64,000 bases of DNA from Escherichia coli (GTDB taxonomy: Bacteria; Pseudomonadota; Gammaproteobacteria; Enterobacterales; Enterobacteriaceae). Made by a program: the position numbers and the translations under genes. The stretch lies in the NCBI RefSeq assembly GCF_044324785.1, contig NZ_CP172127.1; one strand, written 5' to 3'. The notes under the pieces are model-generated. The model worked only from the letters and a program-made list of their open reading frames with translations. It was not told the origin of the DNA and searched no databases. Shown here in pieces: positions 41,874 to 54,509 of this stretch; positions within the stretch are counted from its first letter, which is position 1, and each line of letters starts with the position of its first letter.

Positions 41874-43337
41874 TTAAAGCAACACCACGGGCATCCACAG
41901 TAAGCCGGTAATCACCAGCAATACGAGGAATATCAGCCCAAAAATCGCCCCCAGTCGCCAGTAATCCGCCGTTGGCAGATAACCACTGCCGTAGTAAATC
42001 GGACTGGGGCCGGTGGCGTATGGTGTAAGAATGCTCCCCAGACCAATTGCCGCACCAACCATCAGGCAGAACACCGGCAGCGGGATTTCCGGCATCGCCA
42101 GCGCAGCGGCAATCATCATCGGTGCGAGGGCGGAGGTATACGCCGTGGCGCTGGCAAAGAAGTAGCGCAGCAGATAAAAGACCACAATCAACGCCACCAT
42201 CACCATCGTCGGCGAATAACCGCTTAAGCTGCCTGCTAACAGTTTGCCAAACCAGCTAATAAAACCGGTGTTGTTGAGTCCGGTAGCGAGGGTGATAAGC
42301 GAGGCCAGCCAGAAGAAAACGTTCCACGCGGCTTTATTACTGACAATGTCGTCCCAACTGATAATGCGCAGAAGCAGCATCAGCGCCACCACGCTGTAAC
42401 CGACCATCGCGGCATCGATATAATCACCGCCGAAAATCCACAGCACCAGCGCGCCTACCATCAGCCCAAGCATCCGTTTTTCACGAGAACAGAGCGGGCC
42501 CATTGCCTGCAGTTCCGTCTCTGCCCAGCGCGGCACCTGATCACCAGACTTCAGTACCGGCGGGTACAGCACGTAAGCCAGCCAGGGAACCAGCAGAACC
42601 AGTAAAATACTGAGCGGCAACATCCCGAGGAACCAGTCGCCCCAACTCAGTGTGGCGTGAGATGCGCTTTTCATCAGGCCAATTAACAGCAAGTTAGGTG
42701 CCATCGCCGTCAGGAAAATGGCGCTGGTCACGCAGTCGGCAACAATCCCCATCCACATGATGTACGAGCCAATGCTGCGTGAACTGCTGTCGTTTGGTTG
42801 TGATTGATAGAGCGGTGGCAGGTTACGGATGATGGGATAGATAATCCCCGCACCGCGCGCCGAGTTGGACGGTGTTACAGGTGCCAGGATCAGCTCGGAG
42901 AACATCACCGCATAGCCGAGAAACAGCGTACGATGCCCCATCTTTTTCACCAGAATCAGCGCGATACGTCGCCCCAGCCCGGTTTTTTCATAGCCTGTGC
43001 CAAACATAAAGGCGGCGAAAATCAGCCAGATAACCGAATTAGAAAAACCAGAAACCGCCCAGGAGAGGGATTTGGCGGTGAACTTAAAACCTGGCTGGGC
43101 GAGCTGCTCCGGGCTAAACAGCAGCCACGGCGAGAGAATGGCGATAATGGAGATACCCACCATCGCCACCACGGCACCCGGCACGGGTTCGAGGATCAGT
43201 CCAACGATCACGCCAGTAAAAACGGCAAAGTAGAGCCAGGTATGACTCTCCAGCCCTGCGGGAACCGGAATTAGAGCAATAATGGCGATGACCGCCAGCG
43301 GCGCAAGGTATCGCCACCATTCAGTGGAAGGTTTCAT
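41874..43337 (-). CDS. ttdT: L-tartrate/succinate antiporter TtdT
   Basis: 487-aa polytopic membrane ORF downstream of ttdAB. Confidence 0.9.
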   Translation of the reverse strand: MKPSTEWWRYLAPLAVIAIIALIPVPAGLESHTWLYFAVFTGVIVGLILEPVPGAVVAMVGISIIAILSPWLLFSPEQLAQPGFKFTAKSLSWAVSGFSNSVIWLIFAAFMFGTGYEKTGLGRRIALILVKKMGHRTLFLGYAVMFSELILAPVTPSNSARGAGIIYPIIRNLPPLYQSQPNDSSSRSIGSYIMWMGIVADCVTSAIFLTAMAPNLLLIGLMKSASHATLSWGDWFLGMLPLSILLVLLVPWLAYVLYPPVLKSGDQVPRWAETELQAMGPLCSREKRMLGLMVGALVLWIFGGDYIDAAMVGYSVVALMLLLRIISWDDIVSNKAAWNVFFWLASLITLATGLNNTGFISWFGKLLAGSLSGYSPTMVMVALIVVFYLLRYFFASATAYTSALAPMMIAAALAMPEIPLPVFCLMVGAAIGLGSILTPYATGPSPIYYGSGYLPTADYWRLGAIFGLIFLVLLVITGLLWMPVVLL

Positions 43338-43385
43338 CGTGTTATGCCTGCGAAAAAGGAGAGGGGGTGAGCCTCTCCGGGAGGG

Positions 43386-43991
43386 TTATTTGATGTAGTG
43401 GACGTGCTCGCAAATCTCTTCCACGATGGGATCGCGGCGTTCGGCGAACAGCTTTTTGTTTTCGGCTATCAGGTTGTTGCCGTGGGTATCAATAGAGACA
43501 ATCAGCGGACCGAACTCTTTGACCCGGCAGACCCACAGCGACTCCGGCATCCCGAGTTCTGTCCAGTGCACTTCTTCAATCTCTTCCACCTGGGTTGCCG
43601 CCAGTACTGCGCAGCCTGCCGGGAAAATCACATGCAGCGCCTTGAATTTCTGGCAGCCTTCTTCGGTCAGCGGCCCCATTCCGCCTTTGCCGACCACCAG
43701 TTTCACGCCGGTCTGTTCGATAAATTCACGTTCAAAACTTTCCATACGCATACTGGTTGTCGGGCCGACGGATACCATCTCCCATTTGTCGCCGTTTTTG
43801 CGCACGATGGGGCCAGCGTGGAAAATCGCTTTGCCGTTGAGATCGTAAGGGATCGGACGTTTCAGTTCGATCAAGCGGCGGTGACAAACGTCGCGGCAGG
43901 TTACCAGCGTACCGGTCAGGTAGATCACATCGCCGACGCGAATATCTTGCAGATCTTCAGCTTTGATCGGGGTTGTCAGGATCTTTTTCAT
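43386..43991 (-). CDS. ttdB: L(+)-tartrate dehydratase beta subunit TtdB
   Basis: 201-aa ORF; fumarate hydratase class I C-terminal-like; overlaps ttdA stop. Confidence 0.9.
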
Positions 43992-44899
43992 AACGCGCTC
44001 CGGGTGTGAGACAGATTTTCAAAGGTGAGATCGGCATGAACCAGCAGTGTGCCGCGACGATGCGCCCAGCAGCCTGTAGAAACAGCAACGCCGATGGTTG
44101 ACGGATGGCGGGCGGCAGATTCGATATGTACGCCCATCACTGAACTGTTGCCAGTCAGCCCTTGTGGACCAATCCCCAGACGGTTGAGTCCTTCTTCCAG
44201 GCGTACTTCCAGCTCTGCCGCTTTTGGATTTGGATGGCGGCTGCCAATCGGGCGCAAAATGGCTTTACGCGAGAGCACTGCGGCGGTTTCCACCGAGGTG
44301 GCGATGCCCACGCCTACCAGTACCGGTGGACAGGCGTTTACGGCGAGGGTGGAGATATTTTCGAAGACGAATTTCACCACGCCTTCGTATCCTTCCGACG
44401 GCATTAACACTTTCGAACGACCAGGTAGTGTGCAGCCGCCGCCTGCCATGTAAACTTCGATTTCCGCATCGTCACCGTCGGGGATGATATCCCAAGTGAC
44501 CCACGGTACGCCGCTGCCGGTATTTTTGCCGGTGTTCACTTCGTCAAAAATTTCTACCGCATTGTGACGCAGTGGCGCTTTGACGGTTGCCTCTTCCACG
44601 GCTTGCTTAAGAATGCTTTGCAGCTCGCCAAGCAGTGGGAAACGGGAACCGACCTTAACAAAAAACATGATTTCGCCGGTGTCCTGGCAGGCCGGGCGAT
44701 TCAGGTCGATTGCTTTTTGCATGTTGTCGAACATCGTGTGGTAGATGATTTTCCCCATCGACGACGTTTCGGCATCCTTTAGCTGTTTTAGTTTGTCCAC
44801 CACGTCATCGGGCATTCGGGTAGAAATCATGGCGGTAAAGTTAGCGACAATCTCCGTCAACTTATTCACTGCCTGTTGCTTATTACTTTCGCTCATCAT
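43988..44899 (-). CDS. ttdA: L(+)-tartrate dehydratase alpha subunit TtdA
   Basis: 303-aa ORF; Fe-S hydro-lyase alpha-type. Confidence 0.9.
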
Positions 44900-45105
44900 G
44901 GCAACTCCAGTTTATGTATTTGTCTGGAAAAATTCACCGCCACAAACTACCACTAAAAATGTGGTTTTATATTTTTTGCCGCCGTGAATATGTAATTCAC
45001 AGTTCGTGAATCAACGCGAAAATAAGAATGAATATTGCGCCAGAGCAGGGAATGGCAATGTTTTGCGAAATACACTGCGCTTATCACAACTGCGGATAAT
45101 TAACG

Positions 45106-46038
45106 ATGCTGAATAGCTGGCCTTTAGCCAAAGATTTGCAGGTACTGGTAGAAATCGTCCACAGCGGGAGTTTTAGCGCCGCAGCGGCGACGCTTGGGCA
45201 AACGCCTGCATTTGTCACCAAGCGGATCCAAATCCTTGAAAATACGCTGGCAACAACGCTGCTGAACCGCTCCGCTCGCGGCGTGGCGCTGACTGAAAGT
45301 GGCCAACGTTGTTACGAGCATGCGCTGGAAATCCTCACCCAATATCAGCGACTGGTCGATGACGTTACGCAAATCAAAACGCGCCCGGAGGGGATGATTC
45401 GTATTGGCTGTAGTTTTGGTTTTGGGCGCAGCCATATTGCGCCAGCTATTACCGAACTGATGCGCAATTATCCTGAGTTACAAGTGCATTTTGAATTGTT
45501 CGATCGGCAAATTGATTTAGTGCAGGATAATATTGATCTGGATATTCGTATTAATGACGAAATTCCTGATTATTATATTGCGCATCTTTTGACAAAAAAT
45601 AAACGAATATTATGTGCTGCACCTGAGTATCTGCAAAAATATCCGCAGCCACAATCCTTGCAGGAATTAAGTCGTCATGACTGTCTGGTGACCAAAGAGC
45701 GTGATATGACCCACGGAATATGGGAGTTGGGGAACGGTCAGGAGAAAAAATCGGTGAAGGTAAGCGGGCACCTTTCCTCCAATAGTGGTGAGATTGTGCT
45801 GCAATGGGCGCTGGAAGGAAAAGGAATTATGCTGCGTTCTGAGTGGGATGTTTTGCCGTTTCTGGAGAGTGGCAAACTGGTGCGAGTATTGCCGGAGTAT
45901 GCACAAAGCGCCAATATCTGGGCTGTTTACCGGGAGCCGCTCTATCGCAGCATGAAATTACGTGTCTGCGTGGAATTTCTGGCGGCATGGTGCCAGCAAC
46001 GGCTGGGCAAGCCCGACGAAGGCTATCAGGTTATGTAG
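45106..46038 (+). CDS. ttdR: LysR-family activator of ttdAB, TtdR
   Basis: 310-aa ORF with N-terminal LysR HTH; divergent from ttdA. Confidence 0.88.
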   Translation: MLNSWPLAKDLQVLVEIVHSGSFSAAAATLGQTPAFVTKRIQILENTLATTLLNRSARGVALTESGQRCYEHALEILTQYQRLVDDVTQIKTRPEGMIRIGCSFGFGRSHIAPAITELMRNYPELQVHFELFDRQIDLVQDNIDLDIRINDEIPDYYIAHLLTKNKRILCAAPEYLQKYPQPQSLQELSRHDCLVTKERDMTHGIWELGNGQEKKSVKVSGHLSSNSGEIVLQWALEGKGIMLRSEWDVLPFLESGKLVRVLPEYAQSANIWAVYREPLYRSMKLRVCVEFLAAWCQQRLGKPDEGYQVM

Positions 46039-46050
46039 ACTCGCGAAAAA

Positions 46051-46668
46051 TCACTCAGGATCCTTTTCGCGCTTTCTTTTGAATTTCGTCCAGATTTTTG
46101 TCTCTTGACGACGCCACAGACGCTGGATGTTGTCATGATGGCGCAGCAGGATCAGGCATGAGAGCATCGAAACCGGGAAGGTGAATTGTGGTTTAAACCA
46201 CCAGACGTAAAACGGAGCAATCAGTGCACTTACAATCGCTCCCAGCGACGAGTATCCGCTCAATAGCACGGTCAGTAACCAGGTTCCCGCCATTACTCCG
46301 GTGAGATCCCAGCCAATTGGTGCGATGGCACCAAAAGCGGTAGCAACGCCTTTTCCTCCTTTAAAACCGAAGAAAACGGGCCAGATGTGTCCAAGGCAGG
46401 CGGCGATGGCAATTAAGCCTAGCCAGAAGGGGCTGACACCTAATTCATACGCGCCCCAGACGGGCAACATTCCTTTCAGAACGTCGAAAATCAGTACTGC
46501 TACGGCTGCTCCCTTGCCACCGATACGTAACACATTGGTTGCGCCTGGATTGCCGGAGCCGCTGGTTCGCGGATCGGGCAGCCCACACAAGCGGCAAACC
46601 AGAATGGCACTGGAAATGGAGCCGCAGAGGTACGCGATGAGGATCATTCCAGGCGCGATTGCACTCAT
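46051..46668 (-). CDS. plsY: Glycerol-3-phosphate acyltransferase PlsY
   Basis: 205-aa membrane [48 protein letters not shown]. Confidence 0.92.
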
Positions 46669-46772
46669 AAGCTGTTCCGTTTTGAAAATTCGTGTTCAAC
46701 GATGAATCTGTGGATAATACGCACATTTCGCCGGAAGTGGTATCCGGTTAGCCAAAAAGCAGGCAGGACGTG

Positions 46773-47141
46773 ATGGATATTGTATTTATAGAGCAACTTT
46801 CGGTAATCACCACTATTGGTGTTTACGACTGGGAACAGACCATCGAACAGAAGTTAGTGTTCGATATCGAAATGGCGTGGGATAACCGTAAAGCGGCGAA
46901 AAGTGATGATGTGGCGGATTGCCTCAGTTACGCTGACATTGCAGAAACGGTGGTCAGCCATGTTGAGGGAGCGCGTTTTGCGTTGGTGGAGCGCGTGGCG
47001 GAAGAGGTGGCAGAATTACTGCTAACACGCTTTAACTCACCGTGGGTACGTATCAAACTCAGTAAGCCAGGCGCGGTGGCACGTGCCACGAATGTCGGCG
47101 TCATTATTGAGCGTGGCAATAATCCTAAAGAAAATAATTAA
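46773..47141 (+). CDS. folB: Dihydroneopterin aldolase FolB
   Basis: ORF 46770..47141, start at ATG 46773 (MDIVFIEQLSVITTIGVYDWEQTIEQK). Confidence 0.92.
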   Translation: MDIVFIEQLSVITTIGVYDWEQTIEQKLVFDIEMAWDNRKAAKSDDVADCLSYADIAETVVSHVEGARFALVERVAEEVAELLLTRFNSPWVRIKLSKPGAVARATNVGVIIERGNNPKENN

Positions 47142-47231
47142 TTTTACAGTTATAAAACCAAACGGCTATAACCGAGTCTTATTGCAGTATTTTTGACGAG
47201 CAATACATTTTTATTATTTAGGGGTTTATTG

Positions 47232-48053
47232 ATGAGCGATATGCACTCGCTGCTGGTAGCGGCAATATTGGGTGTGGTCGAAGGATTGACAGAATTTCTG
47301 CCGGTATCCAGCACAGGCCACATGATTATTGTCGGTCATTTGTTGGGATTTGAGGGAGATACGGCGAAAACCTTTGAAGTGGTGATCCAGTTAGGATCGA
47401 TTCTGGCTGTGGTTGTCATGTTCTGGCGACGTCTGTTTGGGCTGATCGGTATTCACTTTGGTCGCCCGTTGCAGCACGAAGGAGAAAGCAAAGGCCGTTT
47501 AACGCTGATCCACATTCTGCTTGGCATGATCCCGGCGGTGGTGCTGGGGTTGTTATTCCATGATGCTATCAAGTCCTTGTTTAATCCGATAAATGTGATG
47601 TATGCGCTGGTCGTTGGCGGTTTGTTGCTGATTGCCGCCGAATGCCTGAAACCAAAAGAACCGCGTGCGCCGGGTCTCGATGATATGACCTATCGTCAGG
47701 CGTTTATGATTGGTTGCTTCCAGTGTCTGGCGCTGTGGCCGGGTTTCTCTCGCTCCGGGGCGACCATTTCAGGTGGGATGCTGATGGGCGTGAGCCGTTA
47801 CGCTGCTTCCGAGTTCTCGTTCCTGCTGGCGGTGCCGATGATGATGGGTGCAACGGCGCTCGATCTCTACAAAAGCTGGGGCTTCCTGACAACCGGCGAT
47901 ATCCCGATGTTTGCCGTTGGGTTTATCACCGCTTTTGTGGTGGCGCTGATAGCGATTAAAACCTTCCTGCAATTGATTAAGCGCATTTCGTTTATCCCTT
48001 TCGCCATTTATCGCTTTATTGTGGCGGCTGCGGTGTATGTCGTGTTCTTTTGA
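47232..48053 (+). CDS. uppP: Undecaprenyl-diphosphatase UppP (BacA)
   Basis: ORF 47193..48053, start trimmed to [30 protein letters not shown] (273 aa). Confidence 0.92.
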   Translation: MSDMHSLLVAAILGVVEGLTEFLPVSSTGHMIIVGHLLGFEGDTAKTFEVVIQLGSILAVVVMFWRRLFGLIGIHFGRPLQHEGESKGRLTLIHILLGMIPAVVLGLLFHDAIKSLFNPINVMYALVVGGLLLIAAECLKPKEPRAPGLDDMTYRQAFMIGCFQCLALWPGFSRSGATISGGMLMGVSRYAASEFSFLLAVPMMMGATALDLYKSWGFLTTGDIPMFAVGFITAFVVALIAIKTFLQLIKRISFIPFAIYRFIVAAAVYVVFF

Positions 48054-48133
48054 TTGAGGAATAGTGTCGGATATGACGCTTGTGCGTCTTATCCGACCTG
48101 GCCGGTGTCTGCAATATATTGAAATTCAAGTGC

Positions 48134-49372
48134 TTAATCAGGCTTTGGGCAACGTTGTTCCTTCCAGTTGGCTACCGCCGCAATCCGCCGTCGGGTCAGC
48201 TCCTCGCGAATCTCCACACCTTTAAATCCCGCTTCAACGACCGCTTTTGTCGGCACTGACTGCGCCACTTCCCAGGCTTCGCGCAACCAGCGGCCTTGCG
48301 GGTAGTCCGCTGATTCAAAACCGGTTCTGCCGCGCACGTCAGCCTCGCTGGTCAGCGCCAGTTGCTCGACACGCTGCGGTTTACGCCAGGCGTCAATGGA
48401 ATCAAATAATTTGACGATGGTTTTTGGGTTCAGCATTGGGAAGGTGTGGATGAGATCGTGAAACTCAGCCACCAGTCGGGCTAAATCGCGAATTTCATTT
48501 GGCACGCGCAGACGCTGGCATAGTTGTTCCACTAACTTCACACCCGCCGGGCCATGACCATGATGACGCGGCCAAAGTTCTGGCGGCGTCAGTCCTTTAC
48601 CGAGATCGTGGCATAGCGTTGCGAAACGGACATCGACCTGCGGACTCAGCATCGCCGCCATTGAGAGCGTCATTAAGGTGTGAATACCGGTGTCGATTTC
48701 CGGATGCCACCTGGCAGGGGCCGGAACGCCAAACAGGGCGTCAATTTCCGGGAATAAAACGCGCAGTGCGCCGCAATCACGCAGTACCTGGAAGAACACC
48801 TGGGGATTGCGGGTAGTGAGGGCGCTTTCCGTCTCTTTCCACACCCGTTCAGGCGTCAGGTGTTCCAGTTCACCCGCGTGGATCATCTCGCGCATCAGCG
48901 CCAGAGTTTCATCGGCAATACGAAAACCGAGGTGGGCATAACGCGCAGCAAAACGCGCCACGCGCAGTACGCGTAACGGATCTTCGCCAAAAGCGGGGGA
49001 AACATGGCGCAACAGACGATTTTGCAGATCGCCCAGACCGTTGTACGGGTCGATAATCTCGCCGTTATCGTCCTGGGCCAGCGCATTAATGGTCAGATCG
49101 CGCCGCTTAAGATCATCTTCCAGCGTGACATCCGGTGCGGCATAGCAGGTAAAACCGGTGTAACCGGAACCGGATTTCCGTTCGGTTCGTGCCAGCGCAT
49201 ACTCTTCATGGGTTTGCGGATGCAGAAAAACAGGAAAATCGCGGCCTACCTGCTGGTAGCCCGCGTCGAGCATCTCCTGTGGCGTACTGCCGACTACTAC
49301 CCAATCTCTGTCTTTGACCGGTAGCCCTAACAATGCATCCCGAACAGCACCACCGACCAGATAAATCTTCAC
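48134..49372 (-). CDS. cca: CCA-adding tRNA nucleotidyltransferase Cca (HD domain)
   Basis: 412-aa [31 protein letters not shown]. Confidence 0.95.
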   Translation of the reverse strand: MKIYLVGGAVRDALLGLPVKDRDWVVVGSTPQEMLDAGYQQVGRDFPVFLHPQTHEEYALARTERKSGSGYTGFTCYAAPDVTLEDDLKRRDLTINALAQDDNGEIIDPYNGLGDLQNRLLRHVSPAFGEDPLRVLRVARFAARYAHLGFRIADETLALMREMIHAGELEHLTPERVWKETESALTTRNPQVFFQVLRDCGALRVLFPEIDALFGVPAPARWHPEIDTGIHTLMTLSMAAMLSPQVDVRFATLCHDLGKGLTPPELWPRHHGHGPAGVKLVEQLCQRLRVPNEIRDLARLVAEFHDLIHTFPMLNPKTIVKLFDSIDAWRKPQRVEQLALTSEADVRGRTGFESADYPQGRWLREAWEVAQSVPTKAVVEAGFKGVEIREELTRRRIAAVANWKEQRCPKPD

Positions 49373-49435
49373 GCCATCATCCCTTCGTCAAATACACAAT
49401 TCCTAATAATAAGACAGTGCAACGAAGAAGGCGAT

Positions 49436-50056
49436 TTAGTTCATCCAGCGATCTTTACGTTTACGCGTTGGGATCAGGTGCGGCAGTACCAGGCCGAGCA
49501 GCAAGCCAAGCCCCAGCACGCCACCGCCATACATAAACCACTGCATGATGATGGTGCGCTGTTTGTCATCCAGCTGTACGCTGGCGGCATCGACCTTTTT
49601 CTGCGCGACAATCAGCTCGTTTTTCAGTTTCTGATTTTCTTCTTTTAACCCGTTGATCACGCTGTCGCTCTGCGCCACTTTTTGCTGCATTTCTGCGGTG
49701 CGCTGATTCCAGGTGTTATCGATATTGGTGAGCTTATCGGTCAGGGTTTTGACCTGATTTTCCAGATCTGGCACACGGGAGCGCAGGCTTGGCTCTGTGC
49801 TAAGTTGTTTCAACGGGATCCAGGCGGTACGGCCAGAGCTGTCTTTCACCTGGGCATAATTGGTGTTGGCGTCAGTTTGTAATAAGGTCACTTCCTCGCC
49901 GGCGTTAACCGTGCCCACGAGGCGATAATGGTCTCCCGGACCGCTACGGACCCAGGTGTTCAGTTCGTCAGAAACATAGCGCGTTTCTTCAGCGTGTGAG
50001 ACGGCAGTCGCGCTAAGTGCGAGTAAAGTTAATCCGATCAGGCGTAATTTTGGCAT
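49436..50056 (-). CDS. ygiM: SH3-domain membrane protein YgiM
   Basis: 206-aa ORF with signal peptide, central coiled region, C-terminal TM. Confidence 0.9.
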   Translation of the reverse strand: MPKLRLIGLTLLALSATAVSHAEETRYVSDELNTWVRSGPGDHYRLVGTVNAGEEVTLLQTDANTNYAQVKDSSGRTAWIPLKQLSTEPSLRSRVPDLENQVKTLTDKLTNIDNTWNQRTAEMQQKVAQSDSVINGLKEENQKLKNELIVAQKKVDAASVQLDDKQRTIIMQWFMYGGGVLGLGLLLGLVLPHLIPTRKRKDRWMN

Positions 50057-50297
50057 CAGGCTGTCGTTATTGTCATGGAAAGTGGAACGATAGTAGTGGC
50101 ATCAGTGTCGCTACGCAAAGCATTCGACATCAATCGGAATCCTCTGTGTCAGGTCTTGCCACTGCTTCAAACTTTTACGCCCGTCAAATTGCCCGTTGCA
50201 TGGCAATTTGGCGCAAAATACTATCTACTGACAAAAAAGATCGCATTAAGTTCGCCGTTCATCGTCACTTATGTGACATAACCGATAAGTAAAGGCT

Positions 50298-51599
50298 ATG
50301 GCTCAGGAAATCGAATTAAAGTTTATTGTTAATCACAGTGCCGTTGCGGCGCTGCGTGACCATCTCAATACGCTGGGCGGCGAGCACCATGACCCCGTGC
50401 AGTTGCTGAATATTTACTACGAAACGCCGGATAACTGGCTGCGTGGGCACGACATGGGCCTGCGTATTCGTGGCGAAAACGGTCGCTATGAGATGACCAT
50501 GAAAGTTGCAGGAAGAGTGACAGGCGGCTTACACCAGCGCCCGGAATATAACGTGGCGTTGAGCGAACCGACGCTCGACCTGGCGCAGTTACCGACGGAA
50601 GTCTGGCCGAATGGCGAATTGCCTGCCGATCTCGCTTCCCGCGTACAACCGCTGTTCAGCACCGATTTTTATCGCGAAAAGTGGCTGGTAGAGGTCGATG
50701 GTAGCCAAATTGAAATCGCCCTCGACCAGGGGGAAGTGAAAGCGGGGGAATTTGCTGAGCCTATCTGCGAGCTGGAACTGGAACTGCTTAGCGGCGACAC
50801 GCGCGCGGTGCTGAAACTGGCGAACCAACTGGTATCGCAAACCGGATTACGCCAGGGCAGCCTGAGCAAAGCGGCGCGTGGCTATCATCTGGCGCAGGGC
50901 AATCCCGCGCGTGAAATCAAACCGACCACCATTTTGCATGTTGCGGCAAAAGCTGATGTGGAACAGGGGCTGGAAGCGGCGCTCGAGCTGGCGTTAGCGC
51001 AATGGCAGTATCATGAAGAACTGTGGGTACGTGGCAACGATACGGCGAAAGAGCAGGTGCTGGCAGCCATTGGCCTTGTTCGCCATACGCTGATGCTGTT
51101 CGGTGGCATTGTGCCGCGTAAAGCGAGCACTCACTTACGTGATTTACTGACTCAATGCGAAGCGACCATCGCTTCTGCGGTGTCTGCCGTAACGGCGGTC
51201 TACTCTACCGAAACGGCAATGGCGAAGCTGGCGTTGACCGAATGGCTGGTAAGCAAAGCCTGGCAGCCGTTTTTAGATGCCAAAGCGCAGAGTAAAATGA
51301 GCGATTCCTTCAAACGCTTTGCCGATATCCATCTTTCCCGCCATGCCGCTGAACTGAAAAGCGTTTTCTGCCAGCCGTTGGGCGATCGCTACCGTGACCA
51401 GTTGCCACGCCTGACGCGTGATATTGACTCAATCCTGTTGCTGGCGGGTTACTACGATCCTGTCGTCGCGCAAGCCTGGCTGGAGAACTGGCAGGGGCTG
51501 CGTCACGCTATTGCGACCGGACAACGCATTGAAATTGAACATTTCCGTAATGAGGCAAACAATCAGGAACCGTTCTGGTTGCACAGCGGAAAACGTTAA
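50298..51599 (+). CDS. ygiF: Inorganic triphosphatase YgiF (CYTH-CHAD)
   Basis: 433-aa [27 protein letters not shown] (CYTH signature EIELKF). Confidence 0.9.
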   Translation: MAQEIELKFIVNHSAVAALRDHLNTLGGEHHDPVQLLNIYYETPDNWLRGHDMGLRIRGENGRYEMTMKVAGRVTGGLHQRPEYNVALSEPTLDLAQLPTEVWPNGELPADLASRVQPLFSTDFYREKWLVEVDGSQIEIALDQGEVKAGEFAEPICELELELLSGDTRAVLKLANQLVSQTGLRQGSLSKAARGYHLAQGNPAREIKPTTILHVAAKADVEQGLEAALELALAQWQYHEELWVRGNDTAKEQVLAAIGLVRHTLMLFGGIVPRKASTHLRDLLTQCEATIASAVSAVTAVYSTETAMAKLALTEWLVSKAWQPFLDAKAQSKMSDSFKRFADIHLSRHAAELKSVFCQPLGDRYRDQLPRLTRDIDSILLLAGYYDPVVAQAWLENWQGLRHAIATGQRIEIEHFRNEANNQEPFWLHSGKR

Positions 51600-51621
51600 T
51601 CAGGCAAGGATAAAATCGCTT

Positions 51622-54462
51622 ATGAAGCCGCTCTCTTCACCATTACAGCAGTACTGGCAGACCGTTGTTGAGCGGCTGCCAGAGCCTTTAGCCGAGGAAT
51701 CACTTAGCATACAGGCGAAGTCAGTACTTACTTTCAGTGATTTTGTGCAGGACAGCGTGATTGCGCATCCAGAGTGGCTGACGGAACTGGAAAGCCAACC
51801 GCCGCAGGCCGACGAATGGCAGCATTACGCTGCCTGGTTGCAGGAGGCGCTCAGTAATGTGAGTGACGAAGCCGGGTTAATGCGCGAGCTGCGGCTATTC
51901 CGGCGGCGCATTATGGTGCGCATCGCCTGGGCGCAAACGCTGGCACTGGTTACTGAAGAGAGCATTTTGCAGCAGCTCAGTCATCTGGCGGAGACGCTGA
52001 TTGTTGCGGCGCGTGACTGGCTGTATGACGCCTGCTGCCGCGAGTGGGGAACGCCGTGCAATGCGCAGGGCGAAGCGCAACCGCTGCTGATTTTAGGCAT
52101 GGGTAAGCTGGGTGGCGGGGAATTGAATTTCTCCTCAGATATCGATCTGATTTTTGCCTGGCCGGAACATGGTTGTACCCAGGGCGGACGCCGGGAACTG
52201 GATAACGCCCAGTTTTTTACCCGCATGGGGCAGCGGCTGATTAAAGTGCTGGATCAACCAACGCAGGATGGCTTCGTCTATCGCGTGGATATGCGACTGC
52301 GTCCGTTTGGCGAAAGTGGCCCGCTGGTGCTGAGCTTTGCGGCGCTGGAAGATTATTACCAGGAGCAGGGGCGCGACTGGGAGCGTTACGCGATGGTCAA
52401 GGCGCGGATTATGGGCGATAGCGAAGGCGTCTATGCTAACGAGTTGCGTGCGATGCTGCGCCCGTTTGTTTTCCGTCGTTACATCGATTTCAGCGTGATT
52501 CAGTCGCTGCGCAACATGAAAGGAATGATTGCCCGTGAAGTGCGTCGACGCGGTTTGACCGACAACATCAAACTTGGCGCAGGCGGCATTCGCGAAATTG
52601 AATTTATCGTCCAGGTGTTCCAGCTCATTCGCGGCGGGCGTGAACCGTCGCTGCAATCGCGCTCTTTACTGCCAACGCTCAGCGCCATTTCCGCGCTGCA
52701 TCTGCTTTCTGAAAACGATGCTGAACTATTGCGAGTGGCGTATCTGTTCCTGCGGCGTCTGGAAAACCTGCTGCAAAGCATTAACGACGAACAAACCCAG
52801 ACGCTTCCTTCTGATGAGCTTAACCGTGCGCGGCTGGCGTGGGCGATGGACTTTGCTGACTGGCCGCAACTGACCGGGGCGCTGACCGTACATATGACCA
52901 ATGTGCGTCGGGTGTTTAATGAATTGATTGGCGACGATGAAAGTGAAACTCAGGAAGAGTCGCTGTCGGAACAGTGGCGTGAGCTGTGGCAGGATGCGTT
53001 GCAGGAAGATGACACCACGCCAGTGCTTGCGCATCTTAGCGAGGATGATCGCAAACAGGTGCTAACGCTGATTGCTGATTTTCGCAAAGAGCTGGATAAG
53101 CGTACCATCGGGCCGCGCGGGCGTCAGGTGCTCGACCATCTGATGCCGCATCTGCTAAGTGATGTCTGTGCGCGTGAAGACGCTGCTGTCACGCTGTCGC
53201 GCATTACCGCCTTGCTGGTGGGAATTGTTACCCGCACTACCTATTTAGAATTGCTCAGTGAATTCCCCGCGGCGCTTAAGCATTTGATTTCTCTGTGTGC
53301 CGCATCGCCGATGATTGCCAGCCAGCTAGCGCGTTATCCATTATTGCTGGACGAACTGCTCGATCCAAACACTCTCTACCAACCGACGGCGACGGATGCC
53401 TACCGTGATGAACTGCGCCAGTATTTGCTGCGCGTGCCGGAAGATGACGAAGAACAACAGCTTGAGGCGCTGCGTCAGTTCAAACAGGCGCAACTGTTAC
53501 GTATTGCGGCAGCGGATATCGCCGGTACGCTACCGGTAATGAAAGTGAGCGATCACTTAACCTGGCTGGCGGAGGCTATGATAGATGCCGTCGTTCAGCA
53601 GGCGTGGGTTCAAATGGTTGCCCGCTACGGTAAGCCAAATCACCTGAACGAACGCGAAGGGCGTGGTTTTGCGGTGGTCGGCTACGGCAAGCTGGGCGGC
53701 TGGGAGTTAGGCTACAGTTCCGATCTTGACCTGATCTTCCTCCATGATTGCCCGATGGATGCGATGACTGACGGCGAGCGGGAAATCGACGGGCGACAGT
53801 TTTATCTGCGTCTGGCGCAACGCATTATGCATCTGTTCAGTACGCGAACCTCTTCCGGCATTTTGTATGAAGTGGATGCACGGTTGCGTCCGTCCGGGGC
53901 GGCGGGAATGCTGGTGACATCCGCAGAAGCGTTTGCCGATTATCAGAAAAACGAGGCCTGGACGTGGGAACATCAGGCGCTGGTGCGTGCGCGTGTAGTG
54001 TACGGCGATCCGCAGCTCACCGCGCACTTTGACGCAGTACGCCGGGAGATTATGACGCTGCCGCGCGAAGGCAAAACCCTGCAAACAGAAGTGCGGGAAA
54101 TGCGCGAGAAAATGCGTGCCCATCTCGGCAATAAACATCGCGATCGCTTTGATATCAAAGCCGATGAAGGCGGAATTACCGATATCGAATTTATTACTCA
54201 ATATCTGGTGTTGCGCTACGCTCATGAAAAACCGAAGTTAACGCGCTGGTCAGACAACGTGCGCATTCTGGAACTACTGGCGCAAAACGACATTATGGAA
54301 GAGCAGGAAGCGATGGCGCTGACCCGTGCTTACACGACGCTGCGCGATGAACTTCATCATCTGGCATTACAGGAATTGCCGGGCCATGTGTCGGAGGATT
54401 GCTTCACCGCAGAGCGTGAACTGGTGCGGGCAAGCTGGCAGAAGTGGCTGGTGGAAGAATGA
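51622..54462 (+). CDS. glnE: Glutamine synthetase adenylyltransferase/deadenylase GlnE
   Basis: ORF 51418..54462, start trimmed to ATG 51622 ([19 protein letters not shown], 946 aa); two nucleotidyltransferase domains. Confidence 0.95.
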   Translation: MKPLSSPLQQYWQTVVERLPEPLAEESLSIQAKSVLTFSDFVQDSVIAHPEWLTELESQPPQADEWQHYAAWLQEALSNVSDEAGLMRELRLFRRRIMVRIAWAQTLALVTEESILQQLSHLAETLIVAARDWLYDACCREWGTPCNAQGEAQPLLILGMGKLGGGELNFSSDIDLIFAWPEHGCTQGGRRELDNAQFFTRMGQRLIKVLDQPTQDGFVYRVDMRLRPFGESGPLVLSFAALEDYYQEQGRDWERYAMVKARIMGDSEGVYANELRAMLRPFVFRRYIDFSVIQSLRNMKGMIAREVRRRGLTDNIKLGAGGIREIEFIVQVFQLIRGGREPSLQSRSLLPTLSAISALHLLSENDAELLRVAYLFLRRLENLLQSINDEQTQTLPSDELNRARLAWAMDFADWPQLTGALTVHMTNVRRVFNELIGDDESETQEESLSEQWRELWQDALQEDDTTPVLAHLSEDDRKQVLTLIADFRKELDKRTIGPRGRQVLDHLMPHLLSDVCAREDAAVTLSRITALLVGIVTRTTYLELLSEFPAALKHLISLCAASPMIASQLARYPLLLDELLDPNTLYQPTATDAYRDELRQYLLRVPEDDEEQQLEALRQFKQAQLLRIAAADIAGTLPVMKVSDHLTWLAEAMIDAVVQQAWVQMVARYGKPNHLNEREGRGFAVVGYGKLGGWELGYSSDLDLIFLHDCPMDAMTDGEREIDGRQFYLRLAQRIMHLFSTRTSSGILYEVDARLRPSGAAGMLVTSAEAFADYQKNEAWTWEHQALVRARVVYGDPQLTAHFDAVRREIMTLPREGKTLQTEVREMREKMRAHLGNKHRDRFDIKADEGGITDIEFITQYLVLRYAHEKPKLTRWSDNVRILELLAQNDIMEEQEAMALTRAYTTLRDELHHLALQELPGHVSEDCFTAERELVRASWQKWLVEE

Positions 54463-54509
54463 AGTATGGTATTATCGCGCGCAAATTTTGAATCTCTCAG
54501 GAGACAGGA

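Noticed and set aside
51418-51621. N-terminal extension of glnE overlapping the end of ygiF
   Set aside because: Extension has no SD, overlaps ygiF in another frame and is not part of the recalled GlnE sequence; start placed at ATG 51622.
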